From positions 97,932 through 161,931 of the forward strand of contig DAIDHS010000001.1 of assembly GCA_027451985.1 (NCBI GenBank): a stretch of DNA of 64,000 nucleotides, given 5' to 3'. Below, piece after piece: positions 24,301-34,800 of the stretch; positions within the stretch are counted from its first letter, which is position 1, and each line of letters begins with the position of its first letter. The stretch comes from Elusimicrobiota bacterium (lineage in GTDB: Bacteria; Elusimicrobiota; Elusimicrobia; UBA1565; UBA9628). Below the pieces are notes generated by a model, which saw only the letters and a program-made list of their open reading frames with translations, was not told the origin of the DNA and made no database searches. A program made the position numbers and the translations under genes.

Positions 24301-25736
24301 CTTTCAGCCCGGAGAAACTCTCTGCGATCTATGCCCGCGGCGAAGAGGTCGACCCGAGCCATCCGGAAGAATTGCACCAGTACCACGCGGACGTGCCCAT
24401 GGCGAACTTGGACACCAAATACCGCGGCGCGCTCCAGCTGATTGAGAACAAACCCCTGGAACTCAAGTACGACAATATGGCTGTCGTTGACTTCGCGGCG
24501 TTGAATGCGGCTGCGCGCGAAGGCGGCGGCGTGGTGGTGGCTTTGTCGGGAACTCTCCCTGGGCCGGAAAGACGCTTTTTGAGCAAGCAGGGTTGGAAGG
24601 TCTCGGGAGAGGGCAGCGCCCCGGCGCAGGTTGAATACAAAGCCGTCGAGCCCGGCATGGCTGACAGTGTACTGGCGAAAGACGTTGCTCAGGACGCCAA
24701 GATTAACGGCGCCGGGAAAGAGAAGGTTCTGCATATCGTTTTCCTGCCCAACAAGGCTCAGCAAAGAGCCTTTGAAGCGAAGCTTGAGCAGGCCGGCGTT
24801 CCCGCCTCCCGGCGTTCCGTGGTGGTAACGCCCGACTCCAATTTGCAGGAAAATGAAAGACTGATGTATCAGGTGCGGGACGCTAAGAACTTGAAGGCTT
24901 TGAGCAAGGGCGACGTTGACGTGGCCATGATCGTTGGACGATCGGGCATTCGCGGGCTGGACATCGATTTCGGGGCCTACGCTGGCGGGCGCATTGAGTT
25001 CGACATCATCGATCCTCAGGATTTGTCCATGACCGATCTTATTCAGCTCGTCGGACGAGCGGCCGAGGGACGCCTGCCTAAGAATACCAGCGGCAAGCCC
25101 TCCATCTCGGTTAGCTTCCACGGGATCGTGGACAGCAAGGATTTGCCGGAGTCGCTGAGGAAAATTGAGGGTACGCCGGAATTCAAGGCCGAGTTTGAAA
25201 AATATGTTCAGCAGGCGCAGAAAAACGCGGAAGAGGCGGCTCTGAAATCCTCCGGAATTTATGATTACAAAGCGCCGCAACTTCCCAAGTTTTTACGGTT
25301 CATGCAGAAAAAAGCGCCGAAGCCTTCAATTCGCGTGCCGAGCGGAACGGGTGTGGGTGGAGGTCAAACACAGGTAGTCGTGCCGCAAGGCAGCTCTGTT
25401 GAACCGATGGCAAAGCGAGTCAAGGACGAGGAAGAACGACCGCTGTGGTCTTCCTCTCCAAACGTGACGTGGCAGGAGAATGCCCGGCGATATTGGAATA
25501 GCCACCGCAGCAAGTTCCCGGAATATAAGAATTGGCGCGAGTACGTCAAGGGAGCGAACGAGTTCGTCAATCGGCCGCCACTGGGTACCCTGGCTAAAAC
25601 CCAGCCTAACGGCGATGTCGTTCTTTATAACCCTCAGACCAACACCTTCGTCATTCGCACCGCCGATGGGGTTCCGCGAGCGATGTTCAAACCTAAGGCT
25701 GGTATGAAATACGCGGCTAAGTACCTCGGCCAATAG
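18354..25736 (+). CDS. giant 2460-aa protein with signal peptide, central hydrophobic segment, embedded SecA-like DEAD-motor ATPase and a distinct ~110-aa C-terminal module
   Basis: Signal peptide MASKFLAAALAFLTALFPGLQVVCAQA. Hydrophobic segment AIDTVVMTVVTLGFGAAVGTTL at ~aa 880. The motor region (nt ~23260-25090) has Walker A FRLLETGGGKTLLSFTLLSLFN...ATSNANLVAQANEAY (SecA: [22 protein letters not shown]...TVNDYLAQRDAE), the DEAD-equivalent HYVINDEYDQLGTQTALSLGSPNG (SecA: [22 protein letters not shown]), motif III VVALSGTL, motif V MIVGRSGIRGLDI (SecA: ATNMAGRGTDI) and motif VI LIQLVGRAAEGRLP (SecA: NQLRGRSGRQGD). C-terminal module ...WNSHRSKFPEYKNWREYVKGANEFVNRPPLGTLAKTQPNGDVVLYNPQTNTFVIRTADGVPRAMFKPKAGMKYAAKYLGQ. 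Confidence 0.7.
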   Translation: MASKFLAAALAFLTALFPGLQVVCAQAMSAVEIPAQGNINPQNISSLNLSLNQINDLIHLIQSNEAQSAGSPFGANLSQEDFNQMLQYLEQLKAYYGHSGRTMPRAVAQRVQTLMQDIKSGKVDPGIAFANFYAGTAPAVEAVQTGDITEKPSYPNARETDIVRKDSVTGKVVSYLRSIQEDAVVRLVISSLPDASAPGGKAVDIIAFVGQEGAAQVQHPLYSRGMEILLKALVKLYYQQPDLQAKIDKASGAAKAKLQALLAANRKTFPPEINSYLHHLGQIESESGGLAGHDWTDADYQEYEKVAQIAQDFYAKKEGTGLEKRALAIFTSYIAMATNSNPVQEKDGLQEGGLDAEPMAQLQKALTSFEKGQLSGYKTILSWLHDTRINYADWPAQISQQAAEIVADLGYASSDAGQAFAHTTGSMQKGKAAQLDRQEHEAALAARNGWLNLSNLQILSFQMKMLAIAVAKLKYGDMRGHVGIQGDKKMQDEADRLIKTLEQYLMQIEECVKQSRDNLMRQAIAGFYLDLQNAQMSYLYGGALRNQVLDMAAKLEEMESLYLSQQFDKKMTGLRSADESSAMAGNAYKEFLAHLPPDVVPLVKSMDALQAELKSIAGLNDSKAIRQALWPVWKQFAAIAEKLGYRGIPDEDTVDKDSKALSLKQAKLMQAAQQFAIHLNMFDTANQYNLILLQNASSQRLPGVSDHWYSKLPQRAEGAVISGGAKAINGVTNAGIWLLNRLPGVNISYKHIHASYDSLTDAGVEHDGTLVTGMLRGVGDSVSWNSTLFHNFMIRKDLRAKMLDQLRAGDFTGAEQTWVDIDPSGAAQAWDMHIREKAPDDNLYNLDIGKFVAHAPDDRLMVESGGAMQDLGMMLKPIIMAYQLTSAAIDTVVMTVVTLGFGAAVGTTLRAVGGAGVAIARGLGMTADAADVAEGLGDAARAGELASDAADAADVGANLGQDAKDIGTIRRIASSTIGFIGKHLESWGTGMRNVVGLSDVSQGASKAVVLRQMIQSSAKFTVGNAVMMSGVSAGISGVDYLRHPETSNAQNFWDASLEGAIGGLSFGARSGPLFLLMPQASAFGAGTMGKAVRGLADSPGPLNGLVRLGAKLIPGAADTEIGGALIDKGLWGSIGTLGDSPLLEQLARTSAHFGAMVDGALKYMTANSIAENAAQFAAYERDAHKTLGAAEKKQLADEGSSQRTYALRSALSAGDAAGQASWFLIPQNQMGSAKDREQGITHAGALSEMLHQDRGLDIEMATKDQTLYVDKPWLQQSWRERARGLGNFLFSSEHKATAPRMELKVSEADREAAAVERMKDFSGADLLAVTEAPRDEVRGKVLGLSDLKGMLGGEYDGAPEAPQPAGNVVDISQERTRRGTKQKAKKIEAESARTYENLPQRDKLDAQSVRMSDEIQEAARSQLKKWLKNNPDEIAKIRTAVEAEKNGKSGKYMMPDGKGGEIAVRGEPLKKLANLAALQEIASGAQPRTAAEKTKAYWERVKDSLSGKPIKDGYQVLVSDLRGEIHGDTAKEIIDSTQQALQNRIDLRKSQGKENKTWALEQVRSTIESDAYIDYVNRKMAEDISAYRKGNLSDAQLDADVKLFRDVWEEGVFGKRFKKSADQKGNAVWDIPPEYQFKDAHGHLVTSFRDFQAASIESVIKDLAAGRNKIFRLLETGGGKTLLSFTLLSLFNTMAQMKGREGAIYATSNANLVAQANEAYRAFFKGREAPFKIETYEQVMLDQALAQAHGRLSPYQTHYVINDEYDQLGTQTALSLGSPNGRLSFPSIDPIQAAMREGALEARGTLHDEFGGKDLDEKSIAELQRENPAFAAKMDALSAHTASNIQEAIRRVNSKAFKAQVLDIHSELYRKAQAKGQIPEFSSVAEYEAYFHMTPEQVYGTMQREVKHAFGEYALPGWVQTAFHWAHLDLPMPEALQKATKSRTFMAGLPLDAFVKVGVIERQFGSLQDWIKDNLEGAYIVGSFSPEKLSAIYARGEEVDPSHPEELHQYHADVPMANLDTKYRGALQLIENKPLELKYDNMAVVDFAALNAAAREGGGVVVALSGTLPGPERRFLSKQGWKVSGEGSAPAQVEYKAVEPGMADSVLAKDVAQDAKINGAGKEKVLHIVFLPNKAQQRAFEAKLEQAGVPASRRSVVVTPDSNLQENERLMYQVRDAKNLKALSKGDVDVAMIVGRSGIRGLDIDFGAYAGGRIEFDIIDPQDLSMTDLIQLVGRAAEGRLPKNTSGKPSISVSFHGIVDSKDLPESLRKIEGTPEFKAEFEKYVQQAQKNAEEAALKSSGIYDYKAPQLPKFLRFMQKKAPKPSIRVPSGTGVGGGQTQVVVPQGSSVEPMAKRVKDEEERPLWSSSPNVTWQENARRYWNSHRSKFPEYKNWREYVKGANEFVNRPPLGTLAKTQPNGDVVLYNPQTNTFVIRTADGVPRAMFKPKAGMKYAAKYLGQ

Positions 25737-25787
25737 AGAGGCAGAGTCGCTGCCCTGCCTCAACTGTCGAAAAATATTTGGGAAGCC

Positions 25788-25816
25788 TTGAAAATTCAGC
25801 AAACGCCCGCCATAAT
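25788..25816 (+). promoter_or_regulatory. sigma70-like promoter TTGAAA-N17-CATAAT upstream of the 5277-aa gene
   Basis: ttgaaaattcagcaaacgcccgccataat. The -10 ends 8 nt before the ATG at 25825, which would make that start leaderless. Preceded by a weak hairpin ggcagagtcgctgcc after the upstream stop. Confidence 0.45.
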
Positions 25817-25824
25817 ATCCCGTC

Positions 25825-28800
25825 ATGCGAGGGGAATTCCGTATGGGACTAAAGGCCTGGGGAACCCTGGGCCTTTTTAATCCACCTCGGGGGGCCATTA
25901 GACTCTCTTCAGGGCAACCGCTGACCAGTATTCTATTCACATACGCGCGCATGAAAAAGGTTCTTTATAAGCTGACGGCCGTCGTGGTGACGGGAGCGCT
26001 GTTGCTCCTGACTCCGGGCATTTCCTGCTATCAAGTTCTCGCGCAGGATGTCAGCGCCGAGAGCGAGCAGAGCCAGACTCCGGTCAACATGAACTTGGGC
26101 GGGCAACTGGAAACTGTCCCGCTTGAGCAGATGGCGGTTAATCCCGCCGCAGGCGGCCTTTACCAGCTTCCCGACATTCACGTCCCGCCGTCCGAAACCC
26201 TTCCGGTTGGCGCTTCAGCAGTAAAATCCGCGGCTCAATCCGTTTCCGCGTCGGCACAGGCCGCTTCCATTCGGGCGCAATCGGTGCCCGCTGTGGAGGG
26301 TGCGCAAACCGCCGCGGCGGCTCTGCCTGAGACGCCCGCTGCCGCGGCCCTCTCTAATGGCGCCGCGTCCGTTACTCAAGGGCGCGTCGGGACCAGACAG
26401 AGATATTCCCGCGCCGCGGCTTTGTCCGCCGCTCAGGATGGGAGGCAGGCAGTTCGCCTCGGGTCTTTGGGCTGGCTTCGGAGCACCGCCGGCAAGGTGC
26501 GTAGCTGGATTAAACCCGGCGCTTCGGCCGCGAACCTCAAATTTGAGTCCAACAAGTCTTTCGACGCGGCCTACGGGAAATCGGCGGCCGTTCCGTCTGC
26601 AGGAAAATCGGAATCTTTGAGACCCGGCCGCAAGGGGCGAATCGCAAGAACCCTGGGACTTGCCGGGGCCATCGCCGTGCCCGCTGCCGCGGCCGCCATT
26701 CCGCTGCCGGCGAAGGCTGCAGCCGTCGTACACGCCGCGGCCCATTCCGGCCTCATTCATAGCGTCGGGCTGACGTTCCACGCGATTTTGACGGCCATTG
26801 GCCCCGCCGGCATCCATGCCATTTACCTCAGTATGAATGTCTTGGCCGCCGGGTTGGCCTTGCCCGAAGTCCTGCGGACGTTCCGACGCGGCAGCGCGCA
26901 TCAGGTTCCCATGGGCGAGTTGACCATGGCCGTGGTCGGCTCCGCCATCTTCGGACTCATCATCGGCCCGATGAAAGGCTATTGGGGCTGGGCCGCGCAG
27001 AATAACTATGGCGGCTTGTCCATGCTGGCCGTTCTTCCCATCGGCTGGATTTTAGGCCGCGGGGGCGTCAAAATTTTCGGCAAGCGCTTCTGGGGTCCCA
27101 TCCCGGAGCCGCAAAAAACGGAGAATCCCTCCGCGGAAAAACCGGGGCTGCTCAGGCGCATATGGAACGGCTTCAAAGATCCCGCGGTTTTGAGAACCAT
27201 CGCGGCGGCGGCGCTCATCGGAGTTGCGGCCGTTGGGTTCACCCAATTGGCCGCCGCCGTTGGCCCGGCAATTTTCCCGCCGCTCTTGAATTTCGTCGCT
27301 TCCTTGTTCCCGACTACGGCTTCGGGCATGGGTCTTTTGACGGCAGCGGTGCTTTCGGTCCCCGGCTACATCGCGCTCAAGTGGCTGCGCGGGCTTTTGA
27401 AGAGCCCGGTGTCATGGAAAAAGAAGGCGCTGCTGGGACTGCCGCTTCTGGCCGCTTTCCCGGCGATGGCCTTCTGGCTTTGGCCGATGGCCAGCGCCGG
27501 GGCCTTGCCCATGACGGCGGACAAGCTCGTTTCACTCCTGAGCGGCTTGGGCGGGGGGCTCTTCGTCTTCTTGTTCGCTCCCGAGGTCATCCGGGCGTTG
27601 ATTGTGGGTGAGGATTCCTCCAAGCACTTCAACTGGCGAACGTCGCTTATTTTCTCGGTGGCAAGCTTGGGATTCCTGATTTATTGGGGCAACCAGTATT
27701 TCGTCAACCCCGCGTCGATGGGCGTGGCCATGTCCAACATGATCCAAAACGCCATCGGGGGGCTCTTCTCGACCATCAGCTTCTTGCTGGCTTGGAAGCA
27801 CAGAAACCATAAGGTGGCGTCGGCTGCGGAGGAGAACGGTAATGCCGCCCGCGTCGCTGCGGCCGGGGAGGCCGAAAAAATCTCAAATCCCGGACAGGCG
27901 CCTCCGGATCGCTCGCCGCCCGGAGAAAGTCCGGGCGCGCCTAAAACCGAGGGCGAAAACCTCTCGCCCCACGTTTACGAAAACATCTTCGGTTTTAGAG
28001 GAATCAAGGGCCGTTCCTACGCATCCGCCGACAGCAAACTCCAGCCTCTCACCTCTCGCTCCACATCATCCCAGATCGTCGATCGAATTTCCTTTCAATT
28101 TAATATCTCTCGTGACAAAGTATTACTTATAGCATCTCGGCAAGGGATTTCGGAGGCGGCTCCGGCTGCCAGGTGGTTGGCGGTCTACGAGCGGCTCCAG
28201 AAGTCCAACTACGAGCGGTTCAAGGAGTTGGATCACGCCAAGAACGCCGGCCATGGTCTTTTTGGCGAGGCGATCCGGAAAGCCTGGGCTCGGCTGCGGG
28301 GCAAGGCGGCGCCGGACACGGCAGGGTTCCGCAGACTCGCCAACAAGACCTATGCGCCCGGCGCCAAGGGAGTGCTCCAGCGCGCGGCCGGAGTCCATCG
28401 CCTCGTAATCGGCTTCTGGATCGGCTTTGTCTACGAGTGTTTCGACTCCTTCATCCTGGGCTACTTCCGGCAGGCGATAAGCTTCCATTTCCGCCACCGG
28501 AACGAGGACTTCCTAGGCATCGCCGCTGGGCGACAAGACGAACAGGCTGGCGCCTTGTCCGAAAACGCCCTGGCCGCCGCCATCGCCGGCGTCCAGGGCC
28601 GGGGCTTGACCGCGATGGAGCGTTTCAACGCGACGGCCGTGGGGCACGCCGTGTCCGGGGCGGTCATCCGGCCGTTCGTCCACCCCCTGCTGACGTTCCT
28701 GCGCCGCCGTTTAGTCATGGCTCTCCTAAGCGCCGTCGCCATGGGGTTTTTGGGCGCCGCCGCGCCAGCCATGCCGTTTCTGTCCATTTCAGTTTTGACC

Positions 28801-31800
28801 GTTCCGTTTTTAGGGCCGCTCATTTTGCACGCGTCGCATTTCTTCTTGTTCTCGGTTGCCTCGATTCCTGGGGTAGGCCATTTCTTGCTTCCCGTCGTGA
28901 CCAAGGCGGTCAACGCCTTACTCAAGGACTTGGTGCTGGGCCCCATGCTCAACACCTACGTGCTCTCGTTCCTGATGGCGCTCACGCGGCGCCCCGTTCG
29001 GCAGTGGTTGCCCGCGCTTAAGAGCGGTTCGTTCTGGTGGGAGAGTCTAAAGACGTACTTTGGCATGATGACCATCGGCGCCGAAATCGCCGGATGCTTG
29101 AGCTATTTCGCCGGCATCGACAGCGCCATTGACTCCCACGGCTTTTATCAGCTCATCGGCAAGCACATCCATAGCCATTTCCACCTATTCCACGCGCTGG
29201 GCTCGGCGGTGGAAAGCCCCAAGGGCCAAAGCCTCATTCCCTTCGGAGGCGCCATCACCTGGGGCAACGCCCTGCTCTACCACTTCCAAAACGCCATTCA
29301 CTTCAACATTTCCAACTGGATCGCGGTCCACCTTAATCCCGCGGCGCTGGCTCAGGGGGGAGCCCACCGCGCTTTCGAGATGGGGATTTCCAATCCCCTC
29401 CAGAGGGACTTCCAGTTCAATGCCAAGGACTACTTGGCTTCACCGAAGCAGGCTAAGGCGCGCCTCAAGCAGATGGACTCCAACGCGAGCTTCTCCGAAC
29501 TGAGAAAGGAACTGGCCGCTGCCAAAGCCCGGGAACAGGCGCTAAGCTCCGCGGAGGGCCAAGCACAGGACCAGATTCTAAAACTCAAAAAACAACGCCG
29601 GCCGATTACGCCTCAGGAAAAGGCAGAGTACCAGGCGCTATTGAAACAGCTTCAACGTCAGCGGGAAAACGTCTACGCCCAGAATAAGCTCGCGGAAATG
29701 CGCGACTTGAAGGGGCGCAACCCGAAGAGCGACCTTCTCCTGAAATTAACGGCGCTGAAAAAGCAATACGCCGGCCGGCTCAACCCCAAGCCGACGGACA
29801 AGACGGACTACTGGCACGATCTTGGAGTCAAGGAGTCGCAATACGCATCGATGGCCGCCCGGCTCTCGCAGATTGTCCAACCGGCCGGTGGGAATCCGCC
29901 GGACCCAAATGGCGCGGCGCGTTCTTCGGCAGCCAGCGGGGCCGCGTTGGCGGCTGTCAGTGCCGATGCCAGCAAAGACCTTGACGCCATTAAAAGTTCG
30001 ATTCAAAAAATAAACACCAAGCGGGAGGCTTTAAAGGGCGAACTTCTGCGCAAACAGGCCCTTGAGAAGCTCATGGACGCGGAAGCCCGCCTGCGCCAAA
30101 TCGCGCTGGACCAGCGCCGGGACGGCAAGGCGATGCAGGGTTTTCATCAGAGCCTCTCGCAGTTGGACTCGGTCATGGGACTGGCGCTGTCCCAGAACGA
30201 GCTCAACGCCGCCTTGAAGGCCATCAACCAGATGCAGACGCTCATCGGCAACAAGGACGCGACCATCAACCAATCCATCAGCCAAGATCAGGCCAACCTC
30301 CAACAGATTCAAAATCTGCTTAATCAGGAGCAGCAACAGTGGCAGCAGCAGGTCACCCAGCAGGTCAATTCGGACAACCAGGCGCAGAGTGACATGAAGT
30401 CGACCCAGGGAGAAGTCGTCAGCGTCATCTCGTCAGTCCAGACGTTCAGCCAGAGCGAGAAGAACCTCATCGCGAACATCAACACTACGGACGGTGGCGC
30501 CAGCGGCAACGCGCTGACTGAGTACGCCCGCCGCCTTGCGCTCATCCAAAACGGAACCATCGCGCAGTGGGAAAATTCGGGCGGCAATCCCAACGTGACC
30601 TTCACGATGAGCCAGCTAAACGGCTACCTCCAGCAGATTTCCGCGGGCATTCAAGAGGCCCAGAACGGCCTGCAGACGCTTGAGAAGGCTCCGCAAAATT
30701 TCGCGGAAACGGCCATTCTGGAGGTACCAGGGCCGGCGGTCAATGTGCCGCCTAATCCAAGTAAGGCGGATATTCTAAACATCTTGTCCCAGCGCCAAAC
30801 GTATTGGCAGAACGAGCTCAATAGCTACGAGAGCCTGCAGACCACCATCCGGGAAATGGGCGATCCGAACAACCACGCCATGACGCAGAACGTGTTCGGC
30901 GATTCGGAGCCGCAGTCCCTGCCGGTTTGGAAGAGCCAGGAGCAGGGTGTCCTGACCCAGGATCAGACCCAGATCGGCAAGGATACCCAGCAGATGGATC
31001 AAATGGCCGCCGCCGTCAACGCGGCGTTCGGATCCCATCTTCCCATGCTTTCCGGCCAGTCGCTGACCCAACTGCAGAGCGAGGTGCAGAACTACGCGAA
31101 CGATTTGACCGCCCTCAAGATGCCCTCCGGGACGGATCCCAAAACCGTGGAAGCCAAGATGAACTTGATCAACTTGGCATATCTGGTTTCGGACTTGGGC
31201 AACCAGGTCATCAACGCGAGCGTCGCTCAGCAGACGATCACCACCATCGACGGCGCCATGTCCACGACGCTGCCCCAGGCGGCGCAGGGCATCGATGCCA
31301 TCGTGCAGATGGTCAAGAACATCCTGGCGGACGAGCAGATGGACGTGGCCTACGTCAACGGCGACCAGGAGACGCAGCAGCAGGTTTTTACCCGGAAGGA
31401 AAACCTGCTGCAGAACGAGATTCTGCCGTCCCTGCAGCAAGCGCAGAGCATGCTGCAAAATGATCTAATTCCCTTCCAGCAGCAGACGATCGCGTCCTAT
31501 CAGCAAAGCAACTCCACCACGGGCTATTACTACCTATACACGACCAAGCAGTCGTTCCTGACGCAAATCGAGAGCCTCTATAACACCACCATGCCGTGGT
31601 CCATCGAGACGTTCGGGGGGGTGTCGGGAGACAAGGCGGGTTCCCTGCAGGACGTCGCCGCGTGGAAGACCCAGCTGCAGGGCTATTTGACGGGCTACAA
31701 GGACAGCAGCGGCGTCGAGCAGCAGGGCCTTGAGCAGGCTCTACAGGAAGCCAACGACCGCATGACCACGAACTTCAAGGGCAATTCCCAGGACCCTGCG

Positions 31801-34800
31801 ACGGAAACGGTCTACGGCGAGGTGCAGCCCTACAGTCTGCCTGACAAAATCACAAAGTATACGGCGGAAATGCAGACCCGCGTTAGTCAGCTCAATCAGA
31901 ACGACGTGAAGATCAATCAGATGCTGGAGGAGATTAAGACCCTTTCCAACGGACAATACGACTTGACGCAGTATCTGTTGCCGACCGGAGTGGGGACAGA
32001 TGCCGCGAGCGTCGCCAAGATTCAGGCCCTGATCAACGCGAACACCCTGCCTAGCCTGGGATCGGCCCTGCAGCAGGTCGCCAACGAAGCGCTGGCGGCT
32101 TCCGGGAGCACCAACATCAACATCGGCGGCGGCAACGGCAGCGTGCTCTCCGGCACCCAGCCGTCTCCCACCATTTCGAACGACCAGAAAATCGCCCTTT
32201 TGGCATCGCAAATCGGCCCCTTGCTGGCGCCGGCGAGTCAGAGCGTCACCAACCCGTCGGCGGGGGACACCACGGACGCGGTCGCGCGCTACATGTACTC
32301 GAACAGCGTCATCCAGGCCGCCCAGAACGGCGAGCAGTTCATCAATTCCACCGTCTATCCCTTCGTCCACCAGGGCATCCAGACCATCAACGACGCCGTC
32401 AACGACGCGAACAACCGCATCGCCTACATCAACTCGGGCGGAACGAGCATGACTCCGCAGCAGATCTACGATCAGGAGCTGAAGATTTTCAACGAACTCG
32501 GAGGCTTCCTGGATCAGGCGCAGAATTTCTTCGGGCAAAAGAGTAGCTTTGATTCGCAGTCCTTCAGCACGATTTCGAGCATCCTCAACTACTACCAGTC
32601 CTTGGAGACCATCGACCAGTCCGGCATCACCGCGGCCCAAGGCCAGTTGCAGGCGGACCAGACCATTTCCCAGGCGCTGCAGGCGGAGCAGACCAAGCTC
32701 CAGGGCCAGCTGAGTGAAATAAACGGCTGGCTGTCTCAGCTTAACGATCCGCACGACAGCGCCCTGCGGCGCACCAGCGACGCGATTTCCGCGATCATGG
32801 ACCAGACCCGGCAGGTTTTGGAGCAGAACATCAAATTCAAGGACCTGCAGAGCCAGCTGCGCGATTCCGATCAAATCATCCAATCCCAAACGCGCGAGCT
32901 TGAGGTTAAGCAGAAGAATCTGCAGTCTCTGATCGACGATTATGAAAAGAAGGCCGAGGGTCAGCCCTTGCCGCCGGCCGTTGCCCAGCAGGTGAAGGAC
33001 CTTAAGTTCGGGCAGGGTATGTGGGAGCAGGGCGGCCCCGACGGCAGCTATGTGGTCGTTCCTAAGTCCAAGTACCCTTCCTTCGTGCGGGCTCTCCTTA
33101 AAACTATCGCGCCGCAGGATTCCAACGACGCCATCGAGCAGATCGCCCAAAACCTCATCAGCAACCCCCAGAGCCTGATGAGTCTCATCCCAGGATCCCA
33201 AGTCATGAACTTCGGGAACTCCGCTGACGGCTTTTATATGGTCTACCAGACCAACTTGTCCATTCCAAACGGCGTTTCCACGGGCAATTCGGTCACTCTG
33301 GGCAACGTCGCCAGGATTTTCGGCAATAACATAAGCGTCGAGGGTTACCAGTTCGAAAGTCCGCCGGAAAGCCCATCGGGCGGCGCCAGCAACGCGCCGT
33401 GGGGGGACAAGGGCGTGGGCGTGCAGGTCGAGTCTCTGCAGGGCAAGAATTGGGTCAACTACCTGAACATCGACCTGCACCGCTTTGGCTTGAGCGTCCC
33501 GAACAACGACACCATGGCCGCGCAGGTCCAGCAGGACCGCATTCTTGTTTTCGACGACTATGCCATGATGGCCCTCAACGGCAAGCTCTACATCGGCTTG
33601 GCAGGTTTCGGAGACGGAGCGATTCATGACCCCAGCGGCAATCCCTACTACTATGGCGGCAATTTCAAGACCGCGATTCAAATGACTCCCGTCATTAGCT
33701 TGACGGCCCAGCAACAGGAGCTCTTTGCCAACGATCCGAGAAGCTTTCTTGAGAACGTGAACCTTGATTTTACGGGCAACGACCCCAGCTTGAATCAGAA
33801 CTTCGCCATCGCCGCGCAGGGAGACAGTAAGTCCTTTTCGCGCACCAAGCTGGGCACCAGCATAGACGTGGCCCAATGGCTCGCAGGCAATAAACAGAAG
33901 AGTTCGGACGCCTTTACGCTTGACCTGTATTATGACCGAATCCATGGGACGGACGACATCTCTCAGAATGCTTTGGGGGCCTCCGTCATAAAAGGATTTA
34001 CTCTCTACCGCGATAACGGCAAACCCTGGCTCAACATCACCAACAACGCTAGCGGCGAAGCCGGGCAGAAATACGACATGGCCTCGGATGACCTGACCAT
34101 CAACCTGCCCAACGGAATCGTCTTGAGCGGCAACGGACAGATTATGGGTTCCGAACGCGCCTACTACGGGCAGATTGCGAAAAAAATGACCGATACCAGC
34201 CAAATTCAGCTGGGCTACGGTTCGCCGGTCATTGGGATGAACAACCGGCTCAATCTGACGTTCGACTCGTCCTTCAGCCTGCGGCAGATTTGGGAAACGG
34301 TCAGCCGGCAGGCGGCCGATGATCTTCAGGGCGGGCAGGCTCTTAAGCCTTTCAAGAGATCCCTGGCGGATTTCCTCTCGGCCAACTCGGGCGACACGGC
34401 CGCCGCCGAACTTAAAAAAGTCTTCGATCATTACGCGGCCCAGGAACTCGTCGATTCGGACGCCATCGGAGATTTGTCCAAGCAAATCGGGGATTTGCAG
34501 AAAGCCGGTGCTTTCATGGATAACACGAAGGTGCAGTCCGTGTTGGGATTTACCAGCGGCGCCGTGTCCAATGACCCGACGGAGTTGGCCGTCGGCGGCG
34601 GGCCTGTGGTCGGCACGGAAACGACGATGACCATCTCCCGGACGCAAAAGGCGCTCATCGCGGACAAGACGGCGACCTTAATCCGGGACGGTCTGCAGCT
34701 TCAAGACACCATGGTGGGCGCCGCGCAGAAGTTTCAGGGCGCGGTCAAAGACGTGATTGAGGCTGAGGGCTCGCTGCGCATCGCGCAGGCCGCCGAGGCC

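Noticed and set aside
28081-28140. 60-nt AT-rich island (~33% GC) inside the N-terminal membrane domain of the 5277-aa gene
   Set aside because: It stays in frame, encoding DRISFQFNISRDKVLLIASRQ. There is no convincing promoter hexamer pair or repeat. It is probably just a linker with biased amino-acid content.
31741-34647. 968-aa minus-strand ORF, plus other long antisense ORFs inside the giant genes (for example 23676..25280, 20625..21359, 38284..38934 and 39007..39744)
   Set aside because: All lie fully inside the continuous 2460-aa and 5277-aa sense frames. They have Arg/Gly/Val-rich antisense composition and no start context. Long stop-free antisense frames are expected at ~65% GC.
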